NCBI RefSeq assembly: GCF_018350175.1
Contig: NC_058368.1
Location: 150,476,001-150,540,000, forward strand
DNA: 64,000 bases
DNA from: Felis catus
Lineage: Eukaryota
Reading direction: 5' to 3'
A program made the translations under genes and the position numbers. This document shows, one piece after another, positions 49,982 to 63,900 of the stretch (position 1 is its first letter; the number at the start of each line of letters is the position of its first letter). The notes below the pieces were generated by a model. It had not been told where the DNA came from and searched no databases. It saw only the letters and a list, made by a program, of their open reading frames with translations.

Positions 49982-52900
49982 ATGTGCGTGTAGTTAACTA
50001 AGTGGCTTTTTTCCACAAAGCACAAATAGGGGGGTCAACTAGAAAGCAAATTTACAGTGAAGGGCAAGGGGAGATAAAAGCTTGTTTCGGACACCTACCC
50101 ACCAACTCTTGACCTGCTGATCTGTTCTCAGAAAACAGCCCACCCACCTCCCGTTTCATGATGCTGTGTGTTTTGGAGGCTCTGTCTCCTTGCTCCCGGA
50201 GAATGTCCTTTTCTCCTCCTTTGTTCTATCCAACCTCTGTTTTACTCTTTCTTCCTTCCCCTGTAACCTCTGCCATTCTTCGGCAGACTCTTGCTCTGTG
50301 CCATGACCTTGCCGTGTTCTTTCAGGTCAGAACTCCTTGAACTTCTCCCTGACCCTGACGCTTGTTCCGGCTTCATTCTTGTCCTCGAGCTGCTTGCCAG
50401 AGGGCTTCCTGGCAGCCTTCTCAGAGGGCTGGGGGCAGTGTCAGCATGGCTAAACAGCCTGATCACTGCACATAAGCCCTTTATGGACAGCATCTTCCCA
50501 GAGGTGGAAAGCGTGAGTCAATTTTGAACTTGAAAATTTTGCATGGTTTCCAAATGTCCTGAATGTATTCTCCCGTTTCATGTGATTATCACTTTGCAGC
50601 ATGCTGCTGGCTACCTAAATCCCATGCAAATCGCTTGGAAGATGTAGGCTCAGTGAAAAACACTCTCCCACATGTACAATTAGAACCAAGCATTATTCCC
50701 TACCCGTCCTGCTCTAAGAAATGAAAAAGGGAGGTTATTATTATTTTTAATATTAATAGCAGCTATTAACCGTTAATTTAGCCTAAATCATCTGCAAGGG
50801 AAATCGGTGCTGCTTGCTTGTTAGTTGAGTGGAGTGCATGATAATATTCTGTTGTATGCGATGTGGCATAGTCAGTTGCTAGGTTACCCAGAGCATCAGG
50901 AATTCAGGGAACAATGTACTTATATCTTTTTCAATTTTGAAAAATAAAATAGGTATTGACATAAAATACAGTGTGGCACTGAAGTAATTTTGTAGTGGAG
51001 AGATCAGAGGAAGGGGGCCTTTCATCTCGGTGACAGCAGTTTACTCCTCGTTGTGACTTACTGAGGGCAGTGGCAGGACAGCACAACAGGATGTCAGTCT
51101 TTGGAAGAATGCTTGTGGTCCCTGTACCCCAGCAACTGTTTCTCGAGTCGGGCTCCCCAAAGCCATCCAGCAGCTGCTGTTCTGAGCTGTGTCAACTGGT
51201 CCTACAGAAACCCATGACAGGCCCAGTGATGTATGGGCCTGCAAGGGAACAGCCAAGCCTTTCATGTTCAAAACAAATATGACAGATCCGGCGAAGGTCC
51301 TCAGCCGGCCGGGGCCATGCCGGGAGCTTTCTTTTTTTTAATGATTATTATTATTATCACCTTCCTACTCAGAGATAATGTCATAATTTACAGTCAGACA
51401 TTGTGTGACCCAAATGATTGATGCCACTTAGACATGAATTGGTGGGGTTAATAATGGTCTTTCAGCAGGGCCCAGCATGGGAGGAAGCTCTCTCAGAAAG
51501 GCCGCCTTCGCTTTGATATTCTGCTCAAGACAGGAAGGTGGACTTCTGGGAGCCAACACTCCATCAGGCTCTGCTTCTGAAAGCATCCCCTGGGCCTGGT
51601 GAAAACTAGGGATGGGGAAACCTCAAAAGCTCCTTTCTCTTCTTTCCAGAAGTACTTTTGATTTAGTTTCACCTTTGGCAGTAGATGTCACCATAGAAGC
51701 TCCACTGAGATGTGCAGCTTACTTCTCTGATGAAACCAGAAGTGCCCTTGGAAAGTATCTACCAAGACTCCAGACGAGGAATCTGCCTCAATCCTAGCAG
51801 CATGATTCAGTAGGAACCCCAACTAGAGTGAGTTGCCTCCGTGTTCTTTAATCTGTTCATCATGGCATCGTATCCAAGGCCTACGGTCAGACATTGGGCT
51901 AAATGCTGAGAAGAACTCAACAAGGATTAAGATTTATCTCTGTGGTTTGTTTAACAATGATTAAGATAACACTCTTATTTTAAGGTGAATAAAATCGATT
52001 GGGGATACTCTAATAAATTTAAAGAAAGAAAAAGCATAACAAGGAGATGAGCATTCACTTTATACCTGGGTGGTGGGTACTTCAACCAAATGTTTTAGAG
52101 CAAGGAAACTGAAACCAAGGGATGTTAAGTACTTTGCCTAAGCTCACACAGTAAGCAGAGAATCAGGATTCAAACCCAGATCTCCCTCTCTGTCCCCGGC
52201 TCTCCATTTAGCTGAAAAGATAGCCATGTATGATGAGAATAATTTTCAAAATCTAATACAAAGCACCACAAAAATTCAAGAAAGGAAACATGCCTCCTCA
52301 ATGAAGCCATCAGAGAAGTCTTCCAGGAAGGCATGGGGTAAATGTGGACCTTGAAGGATGAAAGAATTTCAATAGGTGGCGAAGAGCATATCTAGTGCCT
52401 TAACAATCCTGTCGTGGGCAATTCTGTTTGAAGAGTCACTACACCTTTCTTTCCAGAGCTGCCAAAAAGAACTACTCTTTGGAAGGATTAAACTTGGACA
52501 GCTCATGCCATTAAGTAGCAACATTCATTTTTCTCAAACACTGCGGTACACCTGTCCCTCTGAAACACACTATTCAGCCATCACCATAAAAGCATCATTC
52601 ATCTTAAATTTCCTTTTTAACTTTATACTTACATCCAGCAATACCTTTCCTCCAAAGGCCCTAAAGCACTTTAAAAACAGATGATATCATTACTATTTTA
52701 CTGGCAATGACACTGAATCGTATCCACTGTCTAACACTCTTGTCCCTGGAATTATCAATATGTACTAGTGATAAAGATTACTCTTTATGAACAATAACAA
52801 CAAAAAACCCCACAAGTGCAGTGAGTCTTGCTAAGTAATAAAACAAGGCAGAATTGATTTACAAATACACAGTAGGTATGCAAAAAATGGCGAATAAAAT

Positions 52901-53659
52901 CAACACTGACAACCTATCAACATCCTCAAAAGCAACTTAGCTGAGGGTCCTACAACTTTCAGTTCTGAATCTCTTAATCTTGTCAGCTTTCAACCACCCT
53001 CCACAGCCAACACAGGAAAGCCCAAATCTATCAGCCTGGCATCCGGAGTCCCTCTATATAATTTGATCCCCATCTGGACCTACCTTTCCCAAAGTCTGTT
53101 CCTTCTAGTATTCTGGGTTCGTTGCCCACAAGAGGAAGTTCCATGGTCCTTGGAAACCAAAAGTGCAACAGGAGCCACTGTGTTTTGAAAACCAGTCAAT
53201 GCAGGATACCAGGCACCACTCCCACACCCAGATGCTGAATGTGCTGGATTGCCTTATCGTCTTCTGTGGGGCACTGGGGTCATCAAGCCTGGAGGTGGTG
53301 ATAACTGCAGCTTCCAATAAAGCATTTGTGCTCTCACGCTCTTTACATCCACCTTTTTTTCCCACTTGCCAGTCCTGCTCACTTCCAGGTGACCCCCAGA
53401 AACAAGCAACAACCTGCCGCAGACTTCTTCCCCATTCTCCAAATCACACGCAGCCCAACCGTTGTAAGAAAGCCCTTATTTCATATCACTCTTAGTGACT
53501 CTCCTTCCCTGATCAAACCCTGACAAATACACTAGCCTACGTGCTCTAACCAGCTTTATATTCTACTTCTATTTTTGTACACCATACCTCAAGGAAAACT
53601 TATCCCATTTCGTTCTTACTTTCACCCACGGCGCCGTTTCTTTCTTCCCTACTTTTGAG

Positions 53660-53930
53660 ATAATAATAATAGCCAACACATAGAAGAACTTACTATGTTC
53701 TAAAAACTGCTCTAAGTGCTTTACATGTTAAATTATTTAATCCTCACAGCTACCCTATGAGTTAGGTACTATTGCTACCCTGATTTTAAACATGAGGACA
53801 GTTGGGCTCTCAGAAACATTAAAATTAACTTGCCAAAGATCCCACAGCTAATAAGCAGAGGCACTGGGATTTGAACCCAGTCAGTCCGGGTCCAGGATTT
53901 CTGCCTTTGGTGACTACCCTATGCTGCTTC
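53660..53930 (-). mobile_element. MIR, near full length
   Basis: aataatagccaacac...ctaagtgctttacatg...tttaatcctcacagctaccctatgagttaggtactatt...ctgggatttgaacccag. Confidence 0.9.
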
Positions 53931-53944
53931 TTACCTTCTGTATA

Positions 53945-54272
53945 GCCCACAAAACACGCTGTGTTAACAAGTGAAGCCCAAAATCTCAGTGGTTTAACAC
54001 AATGAAGTATATTTCTCCTTCATGCAAAGTCAAATGTGGGTTAAGCACTGTCCTCACCAGCTGGAACCTGACTCCCAAGGCTGCCACAGCACAGAATTAT
54101 CCACAGGATGTAGCAGGACTATTTTAAGGGTCAGGCCCACAAATGACTAACATCTCTTCCATTCACAACTCACTGGCTACAACCCAGTCCCATGGGCCCA
54201 GTCTACCTGCTAGGGAGTCTGATACACACAGAGGAGTATGTGATGATGGCCAAACACCGATAGTCTCTGCCA
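53945..54272 (-). mobile_element. MLT1K-like LTR
   Basis: gctgtgttaacaa...aaatctcagtggtttaacacaa...gtctctgcca. Confidence 0.7.
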
Positions 54273-54469
54273 TGCTCCTTCCTCCCACGAAAACTGCCTT
54301 CCAGGCAGAACGAATCTCTACTTCCTCAATATCCAAAGCACTATGTTTGCAAATCTGTCTTATAGTACATAGCACCTTTTTTTCAAACATTATTATTTTA
54401 ACTTTACTTTTTATCAAAGCAAAAAAAAAAAAAAAAGAAAAGAAAAAGGACAGAAAACCCGAACATTTT

Positions 54470-55260
54470 TAAGTCAATTGATGGTACTACCTTAGAATGA
54501 AAACAGTAGTCTCCTGCCCCAGATCTTCTAGAAACCTTCATTCCCCTGCTCCATTCTAGATTGTTTGTCCAGTAGTCCCACAGCTCTGTGGTCATCTTAG
54601 GTACTTCCTCTCCTCTTCTTTCTTCATGAAAGCCTTGTATTCTTATTCCCATGTCTTTTACTATCATAGTTAGGCATTCATTTTGTTAGAGTAAGTCCTA
54701 AGTGGCTTCTGCAAAAGGAGGCACATTTTCTGAGATCTTGTATGCAAAATGTGTTTGTTCCTCTGTGTACTTATAGTTTGAATGGACAGAGAACTCTAAG
54801 CTTCCCTTGTTGCTACTAAGAAATCCGATGCCATTACTGTTCATGATCCTCGTATGTGAGTTACTTTCCTCTCCTGCATTTTAAAGAATCTTCCTTATGG
54901 TCTTGTCCTGAAATTTCCCAGTGAGGTAAGTTGGTGTGGCTCCTTTGTCCGCCTCATGCTAGGCAGTCAGTGGGCTCTTTCAGTGTGGAGATATATGCCT
55001 TTCAGTTCTGGCAAATGTTCTTACATGATTTCTTTGTCTCATCTTTTCCTGTGCCTTTCTTGTTGAAAGCTAGTCTCAAATATCTGCTCAACTGTTGCCC
55101 ATTCACATTTAAGAGTGAAACACTAACATGGGGCACCTGGGTGGCTCAGTTGGTTAAGTGTCTGACTTCAACTCAGGTCATGACCTCACAGGCTGTGAGT
55201 TTGAGCCCCAAGTCAGGGTCTGTGTTGGCAGCTAAGAGCCTGGAGCCTGCTTCAGACTCT

Positions 55261-55308
<48 letters not shown>

Positions 55309-56110
55309 GTCTCTCTCTCTCTGCTCCTTCCCCACTCATGCTCTGTCTCTGTCTCTCAAAAAATGAGTAAATGTTAAAAAAAATATTTTAAAAAGAGTGA
55401 AAACGCTAACAAGTTGTTTGGAAACTGTGTAAGGTGGAATTGGTCATTTGGTAGATTTCATTGCTGGCTAGAGATATAGCCCTTCAGATGAGTGATTTAG
55501 GTGAGTCTCTGTAGACAGATAGAGACAGCTTATGATAGTTTAGAACCTCCCAAGATTTTCCACCCTCCTGCCTTTGAGCGACTTCTTTCAGCCAAGCAGC
55601 TGATGGGGATCAGGGATTCTTAACCACTTAGCATAAAGACTTCCACTTAGCCCTCCACTTTTCCATATGGTATCTTGCCTCCCACCATTCACATGAGACT
55701 CTCTGGTTCAATTTTTTTCACAAAATAACACCTCTCTTTTCTGTTAACATAGGAGAGGGAAGGAGGACCAAGGAGTTCTATCGTCTTGTTATAGCAATTT
55801 CTAGCCAATTCTCCCTGTTTTCAATTCCATGCTTTATTTCTGCCCTCAGTGATACCAAGCATCTTCCATTTCTGAGACCTTCTGGGGTCCTGTAGCAAAA
55901 TTTGACTTCTCATTGCCAATACCGTCCGTAGACAGATGCCAATACCTCTGCTAATTCTTCCATTCATTCTTATCTTCTAAAAGTGGCTTGCTCTATTGTC
56001 ATATCTGCTCCCATTTTGGTATGCTTATCAGCTCTTTATTTTATTTTATCTCATTTGGTAGTATTTCAGGAGGGCACAAGATAAATATGCATATATAATC
56101 CACCAGGTTT
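54470..56110 (-). mobile_element. Degraded L1M/HAL1-like fragment
   Basis: tgaatggacagagaactcta...aagaaatccgatgccatt...tgaaatttcccagtgag...gggctctttcagtgtggaga...ttcagttctgg. Confidence 0.5.
55130..55390 (+). mobile_element. Can-SINE
   Basis: TSD aagagtgaaa(a)cRctaaca. Confidence 0.95.
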
Positions 56111-56677
56111 AACCTGTTTGTGTTCTATCCCTTTGCATGCTTTCTTTACCCCAATAGAGTTATGAACTTCTTGAAGGCAGGTAGCATAACTTACTCTGCC
56201 TTTTATCTCCCAGGGGATCTTGCACATAACAGGCTCGCAAAAATAAAATGTCTATTTTATTGGAGAGTTGGAAAACCACCTGAAATTTTATCCAGAAGCT
56301 CACAAAACCTACTTCCTTCAAGGCGTTTGAACAACCTTTTCTTAAGAATAAAATGTTTAGGTAAAAACCTTCCGTCACCAATCCCTAGAATTGTGTGGAT
56401 CAGCCTTTATATCTCCTCGCCTCATTGTTTAGATTGTTTTTCATCGGCTAGATAAATGTTTTTCGTTCCACTTCTACTCTTTAGCCAGAAGCCCCAAACA
56501 ACATAATTCACAGTGAAAGAAAAGACAGATCTCTGGTTATTTCTAAACATTAAAGACAAGGCCAGCCCAGAATTTCAGGGTAAGTAGAATAAAGAATTTC
56601 AGTCTCAGTCTCTAGGTTTCTATCAGCACCCTCATGTTGCGACTGGAAAGTTCCTGCCATCAAAAATACTTAAGATA

Positions 56678-56892
56678 GGGGCGCCTGGGTGGCGCAGTCG
56701 GTTAAGCGTCCGACTTCAGCCAGGTCACGATCTCGCGGTCCGTGAGTTCGAGCCCCGCGTCAGGCTCTGGGCTGATGGCTCAGAGCCTGGAGTCTGTTTC
56801 CGATTCTGTGTCTCCCTCTCTCTCTGCCCCTCCCCCATTCATGCTCTGTCTCTCTCTGTCCCAAAAATAAATAAAAACGTGGAAAAAAAAAA
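56678..56892 (+). mobile_element. Young feline Can-SINE (SINEC_Fc type)
   Basis: CpGs retained; intact A and B boxes; perfect TSD aaaaatacttaagata(g) at 56662-56678 and 56888-56904. Confidence 0.97.
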
Positions 56893-57071
56893 TACTTAAG
56901 ATAGTGATCCAGTCTGTCAGGTTTTTTTTTTTTTTTTAAATAATGGTATGACTACTGACTGCTTACTCAATTAGAAATGAGACATTGCCCACAAAATAAG
57001 AGATGACCATTTAAAAGAGCAAAGTGCAAATCCACATCTGTTTTTTATGATACAAAAGAAGATTATTTTTA

Positions 57072-57125
57072 TTTTTTTATTTTATTTTTTTCAATATATG
57101 AAATTTATTGTCAAAATGGTTTCCA
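57072..57125 (-). mobile_element. Ultra-short feline L1 3' end with A tail
   Basis: Reverse complement tggaaaccattttgacaataaatttcatatattg(A-rich) matches the end of the L1 at 5099-5130; TSD aaaaRaagattattttta. Confidence 0.9.
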
Positions 57126-57839
57126 GAAAAAAAGATTATTTTTAAATCATCAATGTTTTATCCTTCATAGCTTCTTCTGTATGTGTGCATGTGTGTGTAT
57201 CTTTTTAAATTGTCCTTCCCCATTGGGGAATCATTTTAAGCTAAGATTTTTCAAATATATTATTTTAACTGCTGCTGTTTTGTTTTATGTATTTTAATTG
57301 AAGTTTTAAATTTTGTGCTTACACCCCATGAAGTAATAACCACAAAGGGTACAATTTTATTAATTGAAAAAATAAATTTGAAGCAATGCCCTAAATAAGT
57401 TAAGCAACTAGGTTATAGATGGACTTCCAAGAGATATATGGATATAAATGTGTTAGTGCTTGTGCGCATCCTTAAACACATGTGAATCATTTTATATAAT
57501 AATGACAAGTAGAATGGTAAAATAAAAGCCTAAATTACCTTTAAAAACCACTATATTCTTGAACTATTTGACATATAACGTGTTTCTAAAGGGAGAATTT
57601 CATGAAGATTATAATGACCCTGTTTGTTCACAATTACCGAATAACAACTGTGTGCTGACACTATGCCATGCACTAGAAAAGAAAAGAAACCATCCCCCCC
57701 CACCCCGCCTCCAAAATAATCTGCCTTCAAGGAGTTTGCCATCAAAAGACAGACACACAAACAGTTGCAACACAATGTGAAAACTGTTAAAGCATGACCA
57801 GATATGGAGTTCTACAGGAACAGAAAAGAAGGAACCCTG

Positions 57840-58487
57840 GAGTTGAGTCTTGCAAAATAGGTAGGCATTATCCAGGAAGTCAAAGCTGTAGTGGCCATTC
57901 CAGAGGGAGAGTGCAAGTGTGCAGAATGCATGGCAAGACATCATTCCATAAAGCTGGGAAACGATCACAGATGGAAAGGGAAGAAGGAGGTAGAAAGGTA
58001 GGCAGCGGCCAGACTAGGAAAGACCCTGTATGCCATGCAAGGGGCTCGGACAGTAAGCCATGCAAAATAGAGGTATAGAGGATTTTCTGTAATGGAGTAA
58101 CAAAATCACATCCATACTTTAAAGAGATCATCATGATATGAAGGATGAACTGCAGAGGGGGACAAGAATAGAGGTTGAGGAGTCTTTGCACTACCCCAGA
58201 GAGAAATGATAAGGGTCTGAACTAAAGCCCTAGCACAGAGGCTGGAGGGCAAATTTAGACTAACTCTAAGAAGTGGAATTGATAAAAACTGGTGAGTCAT
58301 CAGATGAAAAGCAAGAAGAAAAAGGAGTATGGGGGCACCTGGGTGGCTCAGTCAGTTAGGCATCTTACTCTGGCTCAGGTCATGATCTCACCGCTTGTGA
58401 GTTCGAGTCCCACGTAGGGCTCTGTGCTGACAGTTCAGAACCTGGAGCCTGCTTCACATTCTGTCTCTCTGCCCCTCCCTTGCTCGT

Positions 58488-58545
<58 letters not shown>

Positions 58546-58700
58546 AAATATAAAATAAAACATAAAAAAAAAGAAGAAGAAGAAGAGGAAAAAGGAGGAT
58601 GACCATGACAGTTCCCACTTGGGTGCCCATAGAGATGGTAGTTCCACTTACTGAGATAAGAAATAGAGAAATTGGTGGGTAAGAGGAAATCTTAAGAAAT
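57840..58700 (-). mobile_element. L2 fragment interrupted by a SINE
   Basis: ggccagactaggaaagaccctgtatgccatgcaagg...ccagagagaaatgataagggtctgaactaa...gatggtagttccactttactgagata. Confidence 0.75.
58331..58590 (+). mobile_element. Can-SINE
   Basis: Head, body and (CT)n; tail has decayed to (GAA)n. Confidence 0.95.
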
Positions 58701-58709
58701 TTAGTTTTA

Positions 58710-58935
58710 GGGGCACTTGGGTGGCTCAGTCAGTTAAGCATCTGACTTTAGCTCAGGTCATGATCTTGTGGATCATGAGTTCAGCACGTCAGGCTCTGTG
58801 CTGACAGCTCAGAGCCTGGAGCTACTTCGGATTCTGTCTCTCCCTCTCTCTCTCTGCTCCTCCCCTGCCCATATTCTGTCTCTCTCTCTCTCCATCAAAA
58901 ATAAATAAAACATTTAAAAAAAACTTTTTTTAGAA
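58710..58935 (+). mobile_element. Can-SINE
   Basis: TSD aagaaattYagttttag. Confidence 0.95.
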
Positions 58936-59019
58936 AGAAATTCAGTTTTAGACCAGTTCTGTTTAATGTGGTAACAACATAATCACATAGAGATTCCAGG
59001 AGATATTTAGCTCTGTATG

Positions 59020-59450
59020 TTCAAACCATGGTCTGCTTCTGATGTGTCTCATTTTCTTCCATTTTACCTATACTCCAGTCACACTAACTTTCCATCTTTA
59101 TCATTGGGACATTCCATGTTCATCTCTGCCTTATGGTACTGGAGAACTTGCATGACTGATTCCCTCACTTCATCAAAGTTTCTACTCAAAGGGCTGTCAA
59201 GAAGACTTTCCTTTCTATCCCATATGAAATAACTCTAAACCCTCTGTCACTCTGTAGCCCCATAACCATTTTTTTTTCTTTATAACATGTGTCACTGCAT
59301 GAAATTACATCATGCATTTATTTGCCTTTTTGCTTAACTATTTGCCTTAAGAGAATGTTCCATATGGCAGCAGTCTCACCTGACATGTTCTTTTCTGTAT
59401 CCTAGTGCCTAGAAAAGCTCCTGGCACACAGTCAGGGCTCAATAGGCAGC
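59020..59450 (+). mobile_element. L2 3' fragment
   Basis: ccagtcacact...tgtatcctagtgcctagaaaagctcctggcacacagtcagggctcaata. Confidence 0.7.
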
Positions 59451-59649
59451 ATTGAGGGTACACCTAAAAATGAGGGTCACAAGGTTATAGGGGCAACAAC
59501 CTTGGTAATTCCCTGATACTCTCTATCAGCAGTCAGCAGGGTAGATATGAATAAGGTGAGCTGGACCCAAAGCATATAAGGAAGGAGGCAAAATATCTGT
59601 GTACAAGAAGGGAGAGAGATGGCCAAAAAAAAAAAAAAAAAAATTAAAT

Positions 59650-60130
59650 GAGATCCAGTCTAGATAAGAAGGGGAAGTTTTCAGGACCCTGACTCAATTT
59701 GGCATAGGGCAAAAAAAGGAATTGGCTGGCTCATAAAACTGAGTACTGGAGGAATAAATATCCCTTTAGGTATATCTGATTTCATTTGCCTGAACTGGAG
59801 CCTACCTCTGTCTCTCAGCTCTGCTTTTCTATTTTTGTGTGGGCTCCATCCTCTGACAGGTCCTCCCTGGTAACCAAAATGATCAACAGCGGGAATAGGC
59901 TTACATTTCACCAATTTAGAAACCCCAAGAGAAAGTGAATGCCTTTTCCCCAGTAACGCCAACCAAATCTGAATTAAGTCCACCACCAAATGAATCATTA
60001 TAACTAAAGAAATAGACTATTATGATTGACCAAGCCTGGTCACATGCCCATCCTTGGATCCAGGGGATGATAACAGCGCCATCTAATCCATAAACTGAGA
60101 TTAGAGTAGGAGTGATTCCCTTAAGAAATA
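59650..60130 (-). mobile_element. Old MLT1-like LTR
   Basis: ggaattggctggctcat...tctcagctctgctttt...gattgaccaagcctggtcacatgcccatcc. Confidence 0.6.
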
Positions 60131-60327
60131 CTGAGCACACAAACACATGTGCACTACAGAATATAAAACACTGAAGAACCAAAGGGGTAAAAGGAATCAG
60201 AAGGAGAGGTCAAGTGTTGAGGGAGGGAACGAGGGAATGAAAGAACTGGCAGGATGCAGATTGGACAGGGAGGGGCAAAACCTCAGTAAATATGGGGAGT
60301 GACCTGTGAGTTAATATACAACAGCAT

Positions 60328-60540
60328 GGGGCACATGGGTGGCTCAGTTGGTTAAGTGATCAACTCTTGATTTCAGCTCAGGTCATGATCTCATGGTTCA
60401 TGGGATCAAGCCTTTCAGCAGGCTCTGTCCTGACAGCATGAGGCCTGCTAAGGATTCTCTCTCTTTCCCTCTGCCCCTCTCCCCAGCTTGATTGCTCTCT
60501 CTCAAAATAAATGAATAAACAAATATTTTTAAAATGAAAT
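60328..60540 (+). mobile_element. Can-SINE followed by a (TA)n tract (60540-60615)
   Basis: Head, body and tail, then TA repeats. Confidence 0.93.
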
Positions 60541-60560
60541 ATATATATATATATCAGCAC

Positions 60561-60618
<58 letters not shown>

Positions 60619-60694
60619 CACAAAAGAAGGATAGATGATGGTAAAATCAGGTGCTATAAACCCAAAAGCAATATAACTCATTAAATGAGGACTA

Positions 60695-61593
<899 letters not shown>

Positions 61594-62859
61594 AAGAGTA
61601 AAGCTTAGGCAACAGTAAAGTACATGTCCATTAACTGTCCATTAATTATGCTTGGATACATTTTGTCCAAACTAAAATCCTTCTATTCATATCAATTGCA
61701 CATCAATAAAGTATTCAGCTGGGTGGTGACATTGCAGCCTCCACATAATTATTAATCTATTTAGGTTGGGGACTATATTCCCATTTGTTATATGGTTGAG
61801 CCTGCTAAAGTAATAATGTACATCAGTTTGTTTTATCTAAGAAATTAATCATTTTAACCTAATTTTAATGTCATAAGAGTGCCTAATAAAAGTTACAAAA
61901 TAAACATACCATGTGGTTAATATTAGAAATATCACCCAAGGCAGAGACAGAAATGACTCAAGTGCTCATCACTGATGACCCACAATCATCCTATAGAGGC
62001 ACACAACACCACCATGTTCAAGAGTGTTATGTAAGAATGCTCCTACTCCATTCTGGTTTCCATGAGGAAGTATTTTTCCCCAAGCACTGACCTTTTGGCC
62101 CCAGCTCGCTTTCATCAGGGAGAGAAACTTATCTGTATGTAGGTACAGGGAGAAGTCAGAGACATGCATAGATCCTCTCTACTACAGGAAGTTGGCACTC
62201 TGCTCTGCCCCTCCATGCTGGAAGTTGCACAGGGGCAGACCCCGACGTGGGAAGTCCTGTGCTGACCTGGGGCTGCCTTTGGCTGGATGAGCAAGTCTAA
62301 CTGTGCAATATAATAACAGGAATCCTATTATTGCCCACATTCTCCAACATCAGCTTTACTGGTAATAAAGGAGACACCTGGGCACTCCGTCTGACTACCT
62401 TTTGTTTCATCTCTCCAATAACTCCACACTCAGGCAGGAATAAGGTGTTCCATGCAAATCCCCAAAAGGTAGCATTTACTTCTAAATAAAATATACTTCA
62501 GGAGACCAGAATCTAAAGCACTTGCTATAAGACAAAATTCTCCACATAAGCTATTGCCTATTGATTCAAATATTAAAAATATGGATAAAATAAAGAGAAA
62601 TGAAATATAGATCTTAATTAACAATCATGGAAAGGAATCACAGAATTCAAGAACATTTTACGAAATATGGCTCTTTCACATAACTCGTTTACTCTCCAAA
62701 TACATTCAATCTATCAGTAGTAGCGTCCAAAACTGTCTGTTACATTAAAACTCAAATAATTAGAATAGATGAAAAACATTCTCACCTTTAATATTACTTT
62801 TACTTCTTTCTGTAGAAGGGGGGAAAAACTATTCTCCAGCCAGCTAACTAACATTTATT

Positions 62860-63900
62860 TCTCCAGTACATCCACCAAACATCAACTGAACACCTATCTA
62901 CTAATGTCAAGACACTATCTATAAACACTGTGTACACAGACCATCATGGTTCCTACTTTCAAGGAGCATGCAATAAAACTGGGGAGATGGTAACTGTGTA
63001 CACGTACCTAGTATGAGATAGTACTCGCTAAGTCCCATAACAGGTAATAAAAATCACATGGACATTTACAACAAATCACAACTTCTGTCAGAGGATAAAA
63101 GCCTCTCCACACAGGAGGAAGCAAATTAGGTGGCATTTTCATTGCAGATAACAGAGGGAGGCATAAAAGGATGAGCAAATGTGTGGAGTTTGGAAAGCAT
63201 AAGGCAAAGAGCTTTTGGGGAGAAAAGAGAGATGAAACTGAAAAGGTATTTTGGGGCCATATCTGGAGCGGAGCTTCAATCTCAAAGAGAGTTAAAAATG
63301 TTTGGAAAAACTGCTGTGTGGGATGTGCAGTGAGTCAGCAAGAGATGAATAAAAGAAGTGCTGAGCACAAATGACGGCTTGGTTAAAGTGAACGAGCACG
63401 GATGTGCGGCAGACTCAGTCAGCACAGCTTTCTCTAGCAGCACTCTACAGCCCAGCAAGGAAGCAATTGGAAGTTCAAGGTCAGTGGGGAATTTTAGGGA
63501 ATAAGCAAAGGCATTGCTGAATTGGCTGGCCAAGGAGAGCAGGATAGGCCAGAAAGAAATGAAGTCAGAAAGAGGCCAACAGACAAGAGAAAAAGAGCTA
63601 AGGCAAGGTTGTGATTAAAGCGAAGACAGGGTCAGTATGAGTGACAAATTTAGAATGACTGACATGAAAGAGACTTGCTAAGAGGTTGATACACAGAATT
63701 TGAGATTGTGCAGATAGATGATGAGATCCAAGGATGGAGTAGAGTTGAGAATCATCGATGTCGAGGAAGAAAGGAACTGTGGAGTCACCAATGTGACAAT
63801 AAGTGATGGCAGGTTAAATTCAGTGAGCAAGGAAAAGGAGCACTGAGGGGCATGGTATCCCATACCAGCTACACAGAGAGGGTAGTGTGAGACAGCTGTA
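62860..63900 (-). mobile_element. Degraded L2 region
   Basis: caaacatcaactgaacacctatcta...gtcaagacact...catggttcctactttcaaggagc followed by purine-rich L2-like body. Confidence 0.55.
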
